DNA of 64,000 bases from Octopus vulgaris (lineage: Eukaryota). Under the pieces are notes generated by a model. It saw nothing but the letters and a program-made list of their open reading frames with translations. It did no database searches and had not been told where the DNA came from. The stretch is from NCBI GenBank assembly GCA_951406725.2, contig OX597834.1, positions 17,236,001-17,300,000 of the forward strand, in the 5' to 3' direction. A program made the position numbers and the translations under genes. Of this stretch, positions 1-13,075 are shown in pieces. How positions within the stretch are numbered: the stretch's first letter is position 1; each line of letters begins with the position of its first letter.

Positions 1-1321
1 CCGTTGTTTTACTGCCTACTTTTCCCTTCTTTCGTGGATCATACAGGGTTTATTGATGCAGAGCTTTTATAATGACTGGATGCCCTTTGTTGCCAAGCCT
101 TACCTTTTTCCAGGCAAACTAATACTTCCCCATGGCCAGACATGTTTTCACAGAGTATTGGTAGTGAATGACATTGCTTTTATGATGGTGACACTCATTT
201 ACGACTACCACACAATGTCAAGACAAGAAGACCCAAACACACACACACACCAATATATAGACACTCACATCACATACATGTGCACATACACATATGTGAT
301 AGACTTCCTTCAGTTTCTGTCTACTATATTCACTTACAAGGCTCTTAGGTCTGTAGTAGAAGATCCCCAAGGTTCCACACAGTAAAACTGAACTCAAGAC
401 TACATGGTTTGGAACCAGGCTTCTTGACCACAATGAGAATAACATCTTTCAGCAGAGTTCACTCAGATTTGGATTCTTTTCTCTTCTCTACAATGGAGTA
501 TGGGTCTTCTTGAATTCACTATGGAGTACAGGTCATCTCGAGTGTGCTATGGAGTGTGGGTCTTCTTGAGTATAATGGTTTTATTTTGAATGTTGAACCT
601 TATCATCAAAAAAAGAAGTTCAGGTTCCCTCTTGTCATGCGTTAAACTTGAAAATTTCTTGAAAAATATTTTAGTCCAATAGAAAAAATAAATAAATTGT
701 AGGTGCAGGCGTGGTTATGTGGTTAAGAAGCTCACTTTGCAACCATATGGCTTTGAGTTCAGTCTCACTACATGGCACCCTGGGCAAGTGTCCTCTACTA
801 CAATGGCAGGACAACCAATGCACTGTGAAAGGATTTAGTTGACGGAAACTGTAAGTCGTGTATGTGTGTGTGTGTGTGTCGTCCCCACCATCACCACTTG
901 ACAACTGATGTTAGTTTGTCTCTGTAATGTAGCAGTTCAGTAACAGAGACTGATAGAATAAGTGCTAGATTAAAAAAAAAAATGCATAGTTACGTCAAGG
1001 TGGTGCCCCAGTATGACCTCAGTTGAATGGCTAAACAAGCAAAAAAAAAAACATAAAAAGGATATTGTCTTCTTCATACTACCATAATTACCACCACTAC
1101 CATGGAAAACTTGAATTTGTCTTCATTATAAAAATAAAATTAAATCCATTGGGTTTCATTTAAAATAATTTTATAAAAGCTTAGCCAGTTGCTACTTTAT
1201 GTTAAAAATGTAGAGTTTGAGGCAGCTATTTGGCTATTATTTCTAACAGGTCATACACCTATATGCAAGACTCGTACACACATTTGCATTTCATTTTTTA
1301 AATTTTACTTTTCTATTTTAG

Positions 1322-1664
1322 CCTGGAACTCAAAGTGGGAATAGATTGGCTGACAGTTTTGAAACGGGAACAATGAATGCTAACCACGGGACCACAACAG
1401 ACCCTTGGGGAGTTCCCTTGCCACAAACAGCTTCTATGTCAGATCCTTGGGGTGGTGCTGGTGCTGGTAGTAGTATGTCTTCACCCCGGGCAGGTAGAAG
1501 AGAGACAACGACCACGACGACAGCCTCTGCATGGGAATCTCCTGTGGCACTGAATCCCTCATCTAACTTGCAAGCACGTGCTCAGACACCAATAACCACC
1601 GATCCTTGGGGCGTACCAATTAGTAGTCCTGAAAGGTCAACACCACAATCCATTTCTACTCCAA
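1322..1664 (+). CDS. EPN: Epsin, internal coding exon (DPW-repeat region)
   Basis: Acceptor ttctattttag ends at 1321; donor a|gtaagt at 1665 (phase 1). Encodes PGTQSGNRLADSF...TDPW...SDPW...TDPW...STP, with three DPW AP-2-binding motifs. The upstream ENTH/UIM exons lie before the window. Confidence 0.88.
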
Positions 1665-1822
1665 GTAAGTACAGAAATAAGTATGTACATATATACACCT
1701 ATCGATGTATATTTTTATACACTCAAGAATTCCAATTACTATCCGCAGTCTTTCGTTTAATTTTAAACATTGTGATAGAATAACGTTAACCATGCTCATT
1801 CTAGATTTAATTGAATATTTAA

Positions 1823-2542
1823 CACTTTGCCTACCAAATCCATTTTGCACGAAGGCACGTGGCTTAGTGGTTAAGTTCTTCGGTTTACGATCGTAAGGTC
1901 ATGAGTTCAATTCCTGGAGCAAGACATTTTATTTTATGTAGTTCCAGTCCACTCAGCTGGCAAAAATGACACATTCTTTGTCATGCTGAATTTCCTTGAG
2001 AACTACCTTAAGGGGACATGTGTCTGTGGAGTGCTCAGCCACTTACACATTAATTTAATGAGCAAGCTGTTCTACTGATCGGATGAACTGGAACCCTCGT
2101 TGTGATAACCAAGAGAATACCAGGCAGGTGGGTTCTTTTGCACAGGCATCTAATCTTGTTATAAATTATGCATTGTTTTTTTTTCTAATCATAAGTTCTA
2201 GTTCACTGTACAAACTACCACATTATCAATGGGGTTGATATAATCGACTAGTCCTCTCCCCTCTCACAAAAATTATTTGATAGTGAGCAGCATTGCAATG
2301 ATGGAGATAACAGTGACTCATACCTTTCTGATATCTGTGTTTTTGTACATTTTGTAAAATTCAAATAATGTACTTTGAATCACAGTAATGTGAGGCTCCA
2401 TAAAAGAAACCTCACTGTTAGGAGTCACTAGTGACTCTCACACTAGATTAAGAATATAGCCTGAGGTATCACCAGTGACTCCCATGGTTCATTAAAAATA
2501 TAGTATGGCGAGTCACTGGTAATTTCCATGGTATGCAAAGTG
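1823..2542. mobile_element. piggyBac-type non-autonomous element with nested SINE(s)
   Basis: TTAA-CACTTTGCCTACC ... GGTATGCAAAGTG-TTAA terminal inverted repeats; a SINE starts at ~1853 inside it. Confidence 0.6.
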
Positions 2543-2714
2543 TTAAATGTTTGTTTTAATGTGAAATCTAAATTCTGAATATCACAGTTCAAGTGTTTCT
2601 ATTTCATTTTGTAGTACTAGCAAATCATCTGATTTATTATTATTTCATATACACTCGACATATGAGACTGTTGGAAAAGAAAAATTTCTAACATCAGGCT
2701 ACAACAATTAACCT

Positions 2715-3040
2715 TAGATGCCAAGAACCCTCCTAAGTGTCTTAGCTGTCCCTAATAACACTTTTTCTGGAGCTGTTCTAAACTGGATTTTATGCCTATT
2801 TCCTCTATCCATCTGTTCAGATCTTTAGGGATAGTTCCTAATGCACCTACAACTACAAGGATACGTTTTACCCACACTTTCCATAGTCTCTGTAACTCAA
2901 TTGCTGGATCCTGGTACTTTGCTAGTTTTTCTCTATACCTCACATATTGACTTTTCTCATCATTTGGGACTGTAAAGTCAATTATCTGACACTTCCTATT
3001 CTCTTTATCTATTACTACTACTAAATCAGGCCTTCTAGCT
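2715..3040 (-). mobile_element. R4/Dong-like non-LTR retrotransposon 3' fragment (restriction-like endonuclease)
   Basis: KYQDPAIELQRLWKV...VVVGALGTIPKDL...LQK, typical of RLE-bearing LINE C-termini. Confidence 0.7.
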
Positions 3041-6000
3041 TCAGCAAGCAGGCAGAATTGTTAGCATACTGGACGAAATGCTTAGCTGTATTTCGCCTGT
3101 CACTACATTCCAAGTTCAAATTCTGCTGAGGTTAACTTTACTTTTCATCCTTTAGGGGTTGATAAAATAAGTACCAGTTGAACACTGGGGTCAATGTAAT
3201 CGACTTGTCCCCTCCCCCAAAATTGCTGCCTTTGTGGCAAAATTTGAAACTATTATTATTATTTAGTAATTTCTAAACTTTAAACAAAAGATTGAGTACT
3301 TTATAGACATAGGTATATATTGGTGTTAGGAAGGGGTTTGGACATGAGGAAGGGCATCCAGCCATAAAAACCGTTTCAAAACAGGTGACTAGAGCCTGAT
3401 GCAGTCCTCCGGCTGTCTTGCTTCTATCAAACTGTCCAACCCATTTCAGCATAGAAAACGGAAATTAAATAACAATGATGGATGATGATATAAGTGTATT
3501 CACATCCTCCCTCTCAGTTATTTATTCAGGCTGATTTTGAACAATTAATTCATGAACAAACCTTTTGTTTGTTGGAAATCATAATTGCATCCCATGGATG
3601 TTAACACGCAGAGGGTTGAGTAGTTAAAGTATCAGACAACAATGAGGTCAGTGACTCATATCCTGACTCCTACACAGCATTGTGTCTCCAGTTCAAACAC
3701 TTATCTCTTGGCTGTCCTAGTCCATCTGTATATGTAAATGAGCACCACAATTAGGAACAAATTCCTGCTGTAGTAACAATGCTGTAAAATCAAATCAACA
3801 ATAGCTTTATATTTGAGTGTGCGTTAAAAATAGAATAATTACCAGAGGGAGATGGAAATACAGCCCTGTGTGACTGCTTTCCAATGATGCGTTAAGCTCT
3901 GCCACTTGCCTTGAACATGTTTATGGTAAATATAAATTTTGAATCAAGTAATTTTTGCAAAGAAAGAAAGAAAAAAAGCACAACTCTAAAGGCAGGATAG
4001 AACAGATCACTCCTATACTCAAAGGTTATGCAATATCCTATCAAAGTTGGGACTCTGTAGTTGATTTACACTCTTCTTTCTTTTCCTACTGAGGTAGCCA
4101 AGTATCTCCTTTATAGTAAGACACCCATCTCTATTACTCTTTTATATTTTAACCTCTCAGCTGTCACAAAACCACTTCCCTTGGTTCCACTCCCTCTCCT
4201 AGCTGAGGGGTTTTCATTTCGCAAGTTACTTGGCAACCCAACTGGTGTTGGTACCACATAAAAAGCACCCAATACACTCTGTAAAGTGGTTGGCATTAGG
4301 AAGGGCATCCAGTCATAATAAACTATGCCAAAGCAGACAATAGAGCAGTTCTCTGGCTTGCCTTGTTTCTGTCAAACCATCCAACCCATGGAAGACGGAC
4401 ATTATATAATGATGATGATGATGTAGATGTCGGCATGGCTGTGTGGTTAAAAGCTTGTTTTGCAATCGTGGTTTTGGGCTGTTTTACTGAATGGCATTTT
4501 GGGCAAGTGTTCTCTGCTATAGTCCTGGGCCAACTATTTCCTTGTGAGTGAAATTGGTAGACAGAATTTATGTGCAACTAATTTGGTAGACTGAACTATG
4601 TGTATGGGGAGAGGGTCTGTCCTTCACCACTTTTACTTGATAACGAGTGTTGGTTTGTTTTTGTCGCCATAACTTACGTGCAGTGTCACGTAAAAGCACC
4701 CAGCACACTTTGTAAAGTGGTTGGCATTAGGAAAGGGCATCCAACCGTAGAAATCATGCCAGATCAGACTGGGGTCTGGACAACTCCCCAGTTTGCCAGC
4801 ATGGACAACAGACATTAAATGATGATGATGAACTTAGCTGTTTGGCAAAGGAAAAAAAATTATATAAAATAAACAAGAGACCAAGTACTAGACTTTAAAA
4901 AATAAACATAAATACAGGCCTCTGTTTGTTTGACTAAACCCTTTCAAAGTAGTCCTAACACATGTCAGCAATCCAATGATTGAAACAAGAAAAAGGTATA
5001 AAACTTATTACATTACTGTATATAAAATAGAATAAAGCATTAATTAGTTGCTTGTTTTAGCGAAGCAATTTTTATCATCAGTTTGATAATATTGCTGTTT
5101 ATACTACAGAAGCTTCTCTTCCCATCCACTCCTTGCATGGCTGTTGCATTGCTGGCATTTGTGGTATTTTCACAAATATTTTCCTGTTTGCTTTGCATAA
5201 TGACATCCGATCATTGTTGTTGAAGCAGTGCATCAACAGTGCTGTCTGTTAAATGTATTATAACATATTTCAGGTTATTTGTAGTTGAAACCCAAATGAA
5301 AATGGGATCAGGAACTAGGCTGTCATAATGTTGAGCCTTGCTTCTGAGGCTCCTTTTTTTTTTTGGCCTAAGTCTACCCACCCCTGAGCTTTCATCTAAA
5401 TATTCTGCTATTTACACATTGTGAGGATGATTTGACTGAGATGAATTATACGACAATCTATAATGTATTTTCTATATGTGATCACACTTTAGTCTTGTTG
5501 TGGAGATTGTTTCAGTTTAACTCCAAGATGAGAGCAAGTGATCAGAAACTAACCCCTGATGACCTCATTAGTACTGGTGCCATGAAATTAGTACCCAATA
5601 TTAGGAAGGACATCCAACCGTAGAAGCCATGGCAAAATAGGTGGTGAAGCTTGATGCATAGAATGTGGATTTTAAATGATGATGGTGAGGTGTGTTTGTT
5701 TTTGAGAAATCTGTTTCAGCCTATCATTATGGATTTAACACCGTTTCTCAGTGAAAAACCTAGTTTGGCTCCGCCTTCTTTAATTTGGTAATGGCATCAC
5801 AATGTTTAAGACTGGAATGTCTATTTTTCATTATCAGATATAAGTCGATGAGCACGTACAATCACATAGTTTTGCTGCTTTTGCAGAATAATGAAGTGGA
5901 TTTTGTTTGTTGTTGCTAGTTATACACCCTTGATTTCTTTTCTATTTGCTAAACTAACAAACTAACAATCACACACAACAAAGGAATTAAATTTTTTGTT

Positions 6001-8521
6001 TATCTTGCGAAAATCCAGCAATGGATAATTAGTCTTACTGATTTCAGAAGAGGAGGAAATGGGATAATCATGCTCGTCAAGTGGTAAGAAGGCATTAAAT
6101 AATGTAAATTATGTGAAATTGCTACAAGAAAAATCATCATCATCATCTTAATGTTCACTTTTCCATACTTGCATGGGTCAGATGGAATTTGCTGAGGCAA
6201 ATTCTCTATAGCCAGATGACTTTCCTGTCACAAGTCCCTCATTTGTTTCCAAACAAGGTCATTTTCCCCCCATGGCTGGACATGTTTTCAGGGAAGTGAG
6301 GGACACTGCTTGTATGACTGTGACACTCATTTACAACAATCCTATGGTGAAGTCAAGACAAGGAGACACCAACTTGCACACGTACACATGATGGGGCTTC
6401 TTTTAGTTTCCATCTACCAAATCCACTCACAAGGCTTTGTTTAGCCTGGGGCTATAATAGAAGACTTTAAGCCCAAAATGTTACACAGTAGGATGAACCT
6501 GAAATCAAGTGGTTGGTAAGTAACCTTCTTAACCACACAGCCACGTCTGTGCTTAAAAGTACTAACGTCTCGTTGAGATTGTAGAAGTTAACCTCTTATC
6601 ATCGATCTTTAAGGTGCTACTGGAAGTATATTATATAAGAAATGCTTTAAGCCTGATGGTTTTCATTTAGTGCCCCATACAAGTAAAAAATACTTCAATA
6701 CATTAGATACAAATAACTTTTATTCTATACTTTGTGAAATGATACTAGTGTATGGATGAGAATAGCTGCACAAAGAAGTACTAGTCTCTAATTGTGGAGG
6801 TAGACCCAGGAAGATGTGGAACGAAGCAGTGAGAAAGGATCTTCAAATGCTGCCTGATACCTCCGGCAGGTTGCTGTGCTTGAGAAGCCATGTCAAGCTA
6901 AAATCATGGCTATCCTTGAACATAGGCAAGTCCTCTACATCCCTCTCTGAGCCAAGAGATCTTAGTGTTGCGGGCTCATGGGTGCTGGTTGACATAAAAG
7001 CACCTGTACCAGTACACTCTGTAAAGTGGTTGGCATTAGGAAGGGCGTTCCATTAGGAGGTTGATCCATTTGATTATTAAAAAAATTCTTAAAGGTGGTG
7101 CCACAGATTAGGGACTGAAACAAATAAAAGGCAAAAAGAAAGTAACCATAGTAATACGTCTATAAGAAAGCTATGCATTACTCCAGTTCAAATCACGTAC
7201 AGCAGCGAGAATATATTGATGAAAAATTCTTAAAGGTGGTGAATTGACTGATAAAAGGCAGTAATACGTCTATAAGAAAGCTATGCATTACTCAGTAATC
7301 AGATGGTTTGCTATTTATTAAGCTGATATTTGTCATAATTGTAACCTTTCCATTTAAACCCAAAATGCTTATATATGTATTTGACTCCATACTGTGTGCC
7401 TATTGTTACAAACCCTCATATGTAATCATTCAGTTAAAATTGTTTAGCCAATAATTGTAAATTAAAAACCATTGCAACTTAAATATTATCTTAAAAGATA
7501 CATTTTCTAGAATGAATAGAATTAAATGCAGTTTGTGTGTGTGTGTATGTATGTGTCTCTCTCTATATATATATTCGCAATTTCAGTATTTAAAAAAAAT
7601 TATTAAAATTACAGCCTTATATGTTAAAGGAAATTACACATTTTTAAAAATATTCTGAACACATATTGAGAATAGTTAAATTGTTTTAATACAAGGAATA
7701 CTGAAAAGTTCCTGGCTTTAAGGGTATCGCAAAAGGTATAGTTGGAGGCCCAACCTTCTAAGTTCTTTCACAGGGCTTAGAAAAACTGAAGAACCACTGC
7801 AATAAGTATGTAAGTTTGAGAGAGGAATATGTTGATTAAAGTCATAATTAACTGATCCTCCTGTATTTTCTATTACCCAAAACCAGGAACTTTTCAACAT
7901 CCCCTTGTAGAATTCATTTGGTAGAATGTTTTCCTTTTTATATGACAATCATTGTTGTTGATTTGCCGGAATTGTTATACTCGCTAAAATATCTATAATA
8001 CTACCATACATATATATATAGATATATATAAATATATATACACACACACACACACATACACACACTTTTGTGTAAGACAGCATTTGAAATGTAAATATTT
8101 TGTCCATTGTTTTCTCTAATATTCAATGATTTTCATTGCTTGCAAATGTGAAAGAGACCCTCCCAATGCAGTTTTATATTGTCACTTTCCACTACATTTC
8201 TTGAAATTTGTCTTATGCACTGGTGTTAATGTGGTTATTTGTTGACATGATTAACCAAGTGGTGTCTGTAGTTTTTGTTTTTTCTTCTTCTTCTTTCTTT
8301 GTGATGCTTATTTTTCCATGGAGTCAGCCAATTTTTAGTGCATCCTTCATCGTCTGTTTTTCTGACATGAAGTGTAACTGTCTTTTTGTCTTTATGATAT
8401 GCTCATTATTTTCATTTGTATGTTGTTCATTTAAAGCTGTTGTTTTTGTAGTTGTATTTGTGATGTTGATGATGATGATGATGGTGACTTTAGTGCCTCC
8501 TTCGTTGTTAATTTGTGTAAG

Positions 8522-8869
8522 GTGAAAATTTGTCAGGTTCTCATCAGTCAGATCCTTGGACTGTTATCAACACAGGTTCGCAGCCACAACCAGCAACAAC
8601 GCCACAGAGTCCATGGGAACCTAGCACGGTACCAGCTACTGGTCAGACTCCGGTACACACAATGCCAAATACTTTAATCGTAACTTCAACAGGTACTTCA
8701 GTGACCACAACTAATGGGATGGGCACCAGTAGTATAGATGACGCCTTCGATATGTTGGTTAATCGGAAAGCAAGTACTTCTCCTGCCCTGAGCATAGAGG
8801 AGACATCTACTGCCTTAGATGGATTTGGTCCTCAGGCGGCAGGAGGAGGGAAACTTATTATGGGTAGCG
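8522..8869 (+). CDS. EPN: Epsin, internal coding exon
   Basis: Phase-1 acceptor at 8521 (an alternative in-frame acceptor at 8536); donor g|gtaagt at 8870 (phase 1). Encodes SDPW, SPW and DAFDML in a S/T/P-rich segment. Phase matches the flanking exons. Confidence 0.85.
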
Positions 8870-9109
8870 GTAAGTTGCTAGTGTATATTTTTTTCTTTTG
8901 TTTGATGTTTGATATTGGAAAGCTGTACCCTGCATGCTGATTGTTGACTCCCTATGATATTTGCAGTAGATATTAGAATCATTACTTTTATTATTATTAT
9001 TATTATTGTTGTTGTTGTTATCATTGGTGTTGTAATACTTGACTGCTATGTGTACATTTTTATATATATATATATATATATATACATATATATTAATCAT
9101 TGTTTAGAC

Positions 9110-9357
9110 CAGTGTTTCTCAAACAGGGTCCATATGGCCCTTGAGGGTCCAATGTAAGAATTTGTTACTAAAATTCACGTGCTATTAATTGGTTATACTT
9201 CTCCAATACACAAAATATTTTTACAATTTTTTTTAATACAATTCCTAATAATGTTCAATTATAAAAATATAATGGGATTTTTTAAGCAATGAGGCCCCCA
9301 CCTGAGTAAAATGGGAATCAAAGGGTTCCATAGGGAAAAAATGGTTGAGAACCACTG
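9110..9357. mobile_element. hAT (Charlie-like) MITE
   Basis: CAGTGTTTCTCAA...TTGAGAACCACTG termini; 8-bp TSD GTTTAGAC/GTTTAGAT. Confidence 0.8.
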
Positions 9358-9549
9358 GTTTAGATAAAAGGCCAAAATATTAAGCTGTTTGAATCAAATA
9401 GATATTTAGTAGGCTTGATGGTTAAGAAATTAGAAGAAACATCTAAAATGATTTCATTTTCTTCCCACTCCCAGTATATATTTATCCAAAAGTACAAAGA
9501 TACATGTTTTAAATTTCAACTGCTTTGCATTCTCTATTAAAATGAACAG

Positions 9550-9711
9550 GAACACCAACTTCAGATCCCTGGCTTATGTCTGGTGTTGGTAAAGATTTAC
9601 CTGATCAGGAGCAAAATAAGAAGAAAACACCCAAAGATTTCCTAGGCGAGAACGCAGCACTAGTTAATTTGGACAACCTGGTATCTAAGACCTCACCTTC
9701 GTTACCTAAAG
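9550..9711 (+). CDS. EPN: Epsin, coding exon with conserved FLG.NA.LV.LD.L block (clathrin box)
   Basis: Not in the ORF track. aacag|ga ... aaag|gtaatt encodes GTPTSDPWLMSG...KKKTPKDFLGENAALVNLDNLVSKTSPSLPK, matching the epsin KTPESFLGPNAALVDLDSLV motif. Phase 1 at both ends. Confidence 0.92.
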
Positions 9712-11198
9712 GTAATTAGTTTGGTTACTCATTAAAAAAAAGATTTAAAACGTTTTACATATAACCAGTTTTGTTTAGTTATATTTAATTAATTTATTTG
9801 CTCATTTTTTTTTTTCCTGATTTTGATGAAGAAAATAATTATTTTTGATTTTTGAAAATAATAAGATTTCTACTGAGATATCTAGAGTTTGATAATTGCA
9901 TTCATGCGTTAATTATATTTCCAAAGAATTAAGAATTATAAATAATTATTTATTAACAATTGATATTTATCTCTATTCCTTAATTATTACTATATCATCA
10001 TTATATATATGAGCACTTACCACACATCTACTTTTCCTAAATCAAAGAAATAAAGAAGTAAATAATGTTAATTTTCTGAGACAGACAATAGACTAATTGT
10101 CCTTGCAGTATATAATTCTGTTCCTTTATATTCCAAGTTCAAATGATTTCAGATCAGTTTTGCCGCTCGTCTTCCCAAAGTTAACAAACTGAGTACCAGT
10201 CAAGTATAGGGTGGGGCTGATTTGCTTGACTTATACCCCTCCCCTACAAATTCTTAGCGTTGTTTTAAAGTGGGATATCTAAATGTTTTTTTTTTCTCAC
10301 TTAAAAATTTTTTTTCTCGCTGTTATCATCTTAATGCCCTCTTTTCCATGCTTGCATGGGGCCAGACAGAATTTACTGAGGCAGATATTTTACAGGAAAT
10401 TTATTATTTCTTCATTCAAATTGTGTGTGTGTGCATGCATGCCACTCACCTCTCACAGGTATATACTTACCCACCCATACCACTTATTATTCACCTTACT
10501 GTAGGTGTGAATAGCCTGACACATCTTCACTGCTATCCTCCTTCGCTTCCAACTGGGCTAACCACGTATTTCTCCTACAGCAAGATGCCTGTTCCTATCT
10601 CTCTATCATACCTTCACATCTCATTGTCTGGCATAACGCCACCTCTCTCAACAACCCCACCACCACCGCCATCACCACCACCACCTCATTTGAGGGGTCT
10701 TGACTTGCAAGTTACTTGGTGATCTCACTTTCTGCTAGTACCATGTAAAATGCATACAGTACACTCTGTAGAATGATTGGTATGAGGAAGTGTATCTTGC
10801 ATTAGAAACCATTCTGGGGCAGACATTGAAGCTTGATGCAGTCCTCTGGCTTGCCAGTTCCTGTCAAACCATCCAACCCATGCTAGTATAGAAAATGATT
10901 ACACACACACACACACACACACACATGTATTGACATCAATTGTTTTATGTCAGTTTTTCCATGCTGGCATGAGTTGGATGGGTTTTCTGTGGTGGTGTAT
11001 TATGGTTGAACACCCTTTCTGTTGCCAAATTTTTCATCACCTTTTAGGACATAGCGATGTTGTGTACATGTTCCAAAACCAGAATACACTTCATAACAAA
11101 CACATTTTCCCTCTGCCTTCCATAGTAAATTATGTCTGTTCTCTATGCATTGAATTAATTGTCACACTCCGCATTGGGATACACTGCTGGTATCACAT

Positions 11199-11372
11199 AA
11201 AAACCACCCAGTCCACTCTGTAAAGTGGTTGGCATTAGGAAGGGAATCCAGCTGTAAAAACCACCTAGTCCACTCTGTAAAGTGGTTGGCATTAGGAAGG
11301 GAATCCAGCTGTAAAAACCACCTAGTCCACTCTGGAAAGTGGTTGGTGTTAGGAAGGACATACAGCTGTAAA
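11199..11372 (+). repeat. Three tandem ~58-bp copies within a SINE
   Basis: aaaaaccacc(c/t)agtccactctgtaaagtggttggcattaggaagggaatccagctgt repeated three times. Confidence 0.85.
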
Positions 11373-11888
11373 GGCCTTGCCAAAACAAACAGTGGAGCTT
11401 GGCGCAATCCTCTGGCTTGCCAGCTTCTGTTAAACCCATGCTGGCATGGAAGATGGACTTTAAATGATAGTGATAATAATGACTGCCCACATGTCCTTCC
11501 ACCCATCTGTGAGGGTAATACTTGAATGTTTCATCTTTGGCTTGGTATCTGTGGTTGAATGCTATTCCTAACATCAACAATTTTACAGTGTGTCCTGTGT
11601 AAATTTTATTGTGGCACCAGCACCAAAGAAATTGTCATGTTCCTGCTAAGAATATACTTAAAATGTTTTAACCCTCAACATCATTCAACAACCTCTATAA
11701 AGAATACTCATTGCTTCAGCACTTGAGAGCTTGTGTCCTTGATGAAACAGGACTAAAGAGACCTCTCCTTCCTAAACCTTCTCTACTTGTTCACCAACCA
11801 TATTGCAGGGTGTGTATTATTGTGGCACAAGTCAAGAGATCTTGCTTTGTACAAAAAGAATTCTTTTGTATCACTGCTCAAAACAACT

Positions 11889-11931
<43 letters not shown>

Positions 11932-11964
11932 TTATAATTATTAATATTATTATACTTATTATTA

Positions 11965-13075
11965 AGGTGGCTAGCTGACAGAACTGTTAGCATGCCTGGC
12001 AAAATATTAGTGGTATTTCGTCTGGTTTTACGTTCTGAGTTCAATTTCTGCCAAGGTCGGTTTTGCCTTTCATCCTATTGGGGGCAATAAATTAAGTACC
12101 AGTGAAACACTGGGGATCGATGTTAATCGTCTGGTCCCCTTCCCCAAAATGTCAAGCCTTGTGCCTTTAGTAGAAAGGATTATTATAATTATTATCATCA
12201 TTATTAAGAAAGGCAGTCGGGGCGGCAAACTAGCGGAATTGTTTGCACACCAGATGAAATGTTTCTAAGCATTTCTACATTCTGAGTTCAAATGCCCCTT
12301 TTGGGGTCAATAAAATAAGTGCTATTTGAGTACTGGGGCAATACGATCAACTTACCCCTCCTCTGAACTTGCTAGCCTTGTGCCAAAATTTGAAACTATT
12401 ATTAAGAAAGGCAGTGAGCTAGCAGAATTGTTAGTATGCTGCACAAAATGTTTTGCGGAATTCCATCTGTCTTCGTGCTTTGAGTTCAAATTCTGCCTTT
12501 CATCCTTTCAGAGTTGATAAAATAAGTAACAGTCATGCACTGGGGTCAATGTTATCAACTTATCTTTCCCTAAAATTGGTAGACTTTTGTCAAAATTTGA
12601 AGCCATTATTATTATTATTATTATTAATTATTATTATTATTATACCAAGCTGAGACAGAAATCTGGTGGAATCGTTGGCACACTAGGCAAAATGCTTAAT
12701 GCTATTCAGTCCAGTTCAAATTCCACGAAGGTGGACTTTGCCTTTCACTCTTTCGAGGTCAATAAACTAAGTACCACTTGAGCACTGGGGTGAATGTAAT
12801 TGACTTACCCCGCCTCCAAAATTGCAGGCCTTGTGCCAAAATTTGAAACCATAATTATTGTTATTATTATTATTATTATTAGCACACTGGACAAAATGCT
12901 TTGTAGCATTTTTTCTGGTTTTACTTGGAGTTCAAATTCCGCTGTGATTGATTTTTGCCTTTCATCCTTTTGGGGGTCAGTGATATGGTTATCAGTTGAG
13001 CACTAGGATATTATGTAATTGAGTACCCCCCCATCCCTCAAAATTTCGGGTCTTCTGCCTATAGTTGAAAAAATT
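11965..13075 (+). mobile_element. Head-to-tail cluster of ~5 Nin/Deu-domain-like tRNA SINEs separated by (ATT)n tails
   Basis: Repeated ggtggcgagctggcagaa...gagttcaaattc...gcctttcatcctttcggggtcgataaa...aagtaccag...gtgccaaaatttgaaac-(att)n. Confidence 0.8.

Noticed and set aside
10270-10722. 150-aa proline-ending ORF as an epsin exon
   Set aside because: It is built from SINE fragments and a (CCA)n repeat, with no epsin motifs or convincing splice sites.
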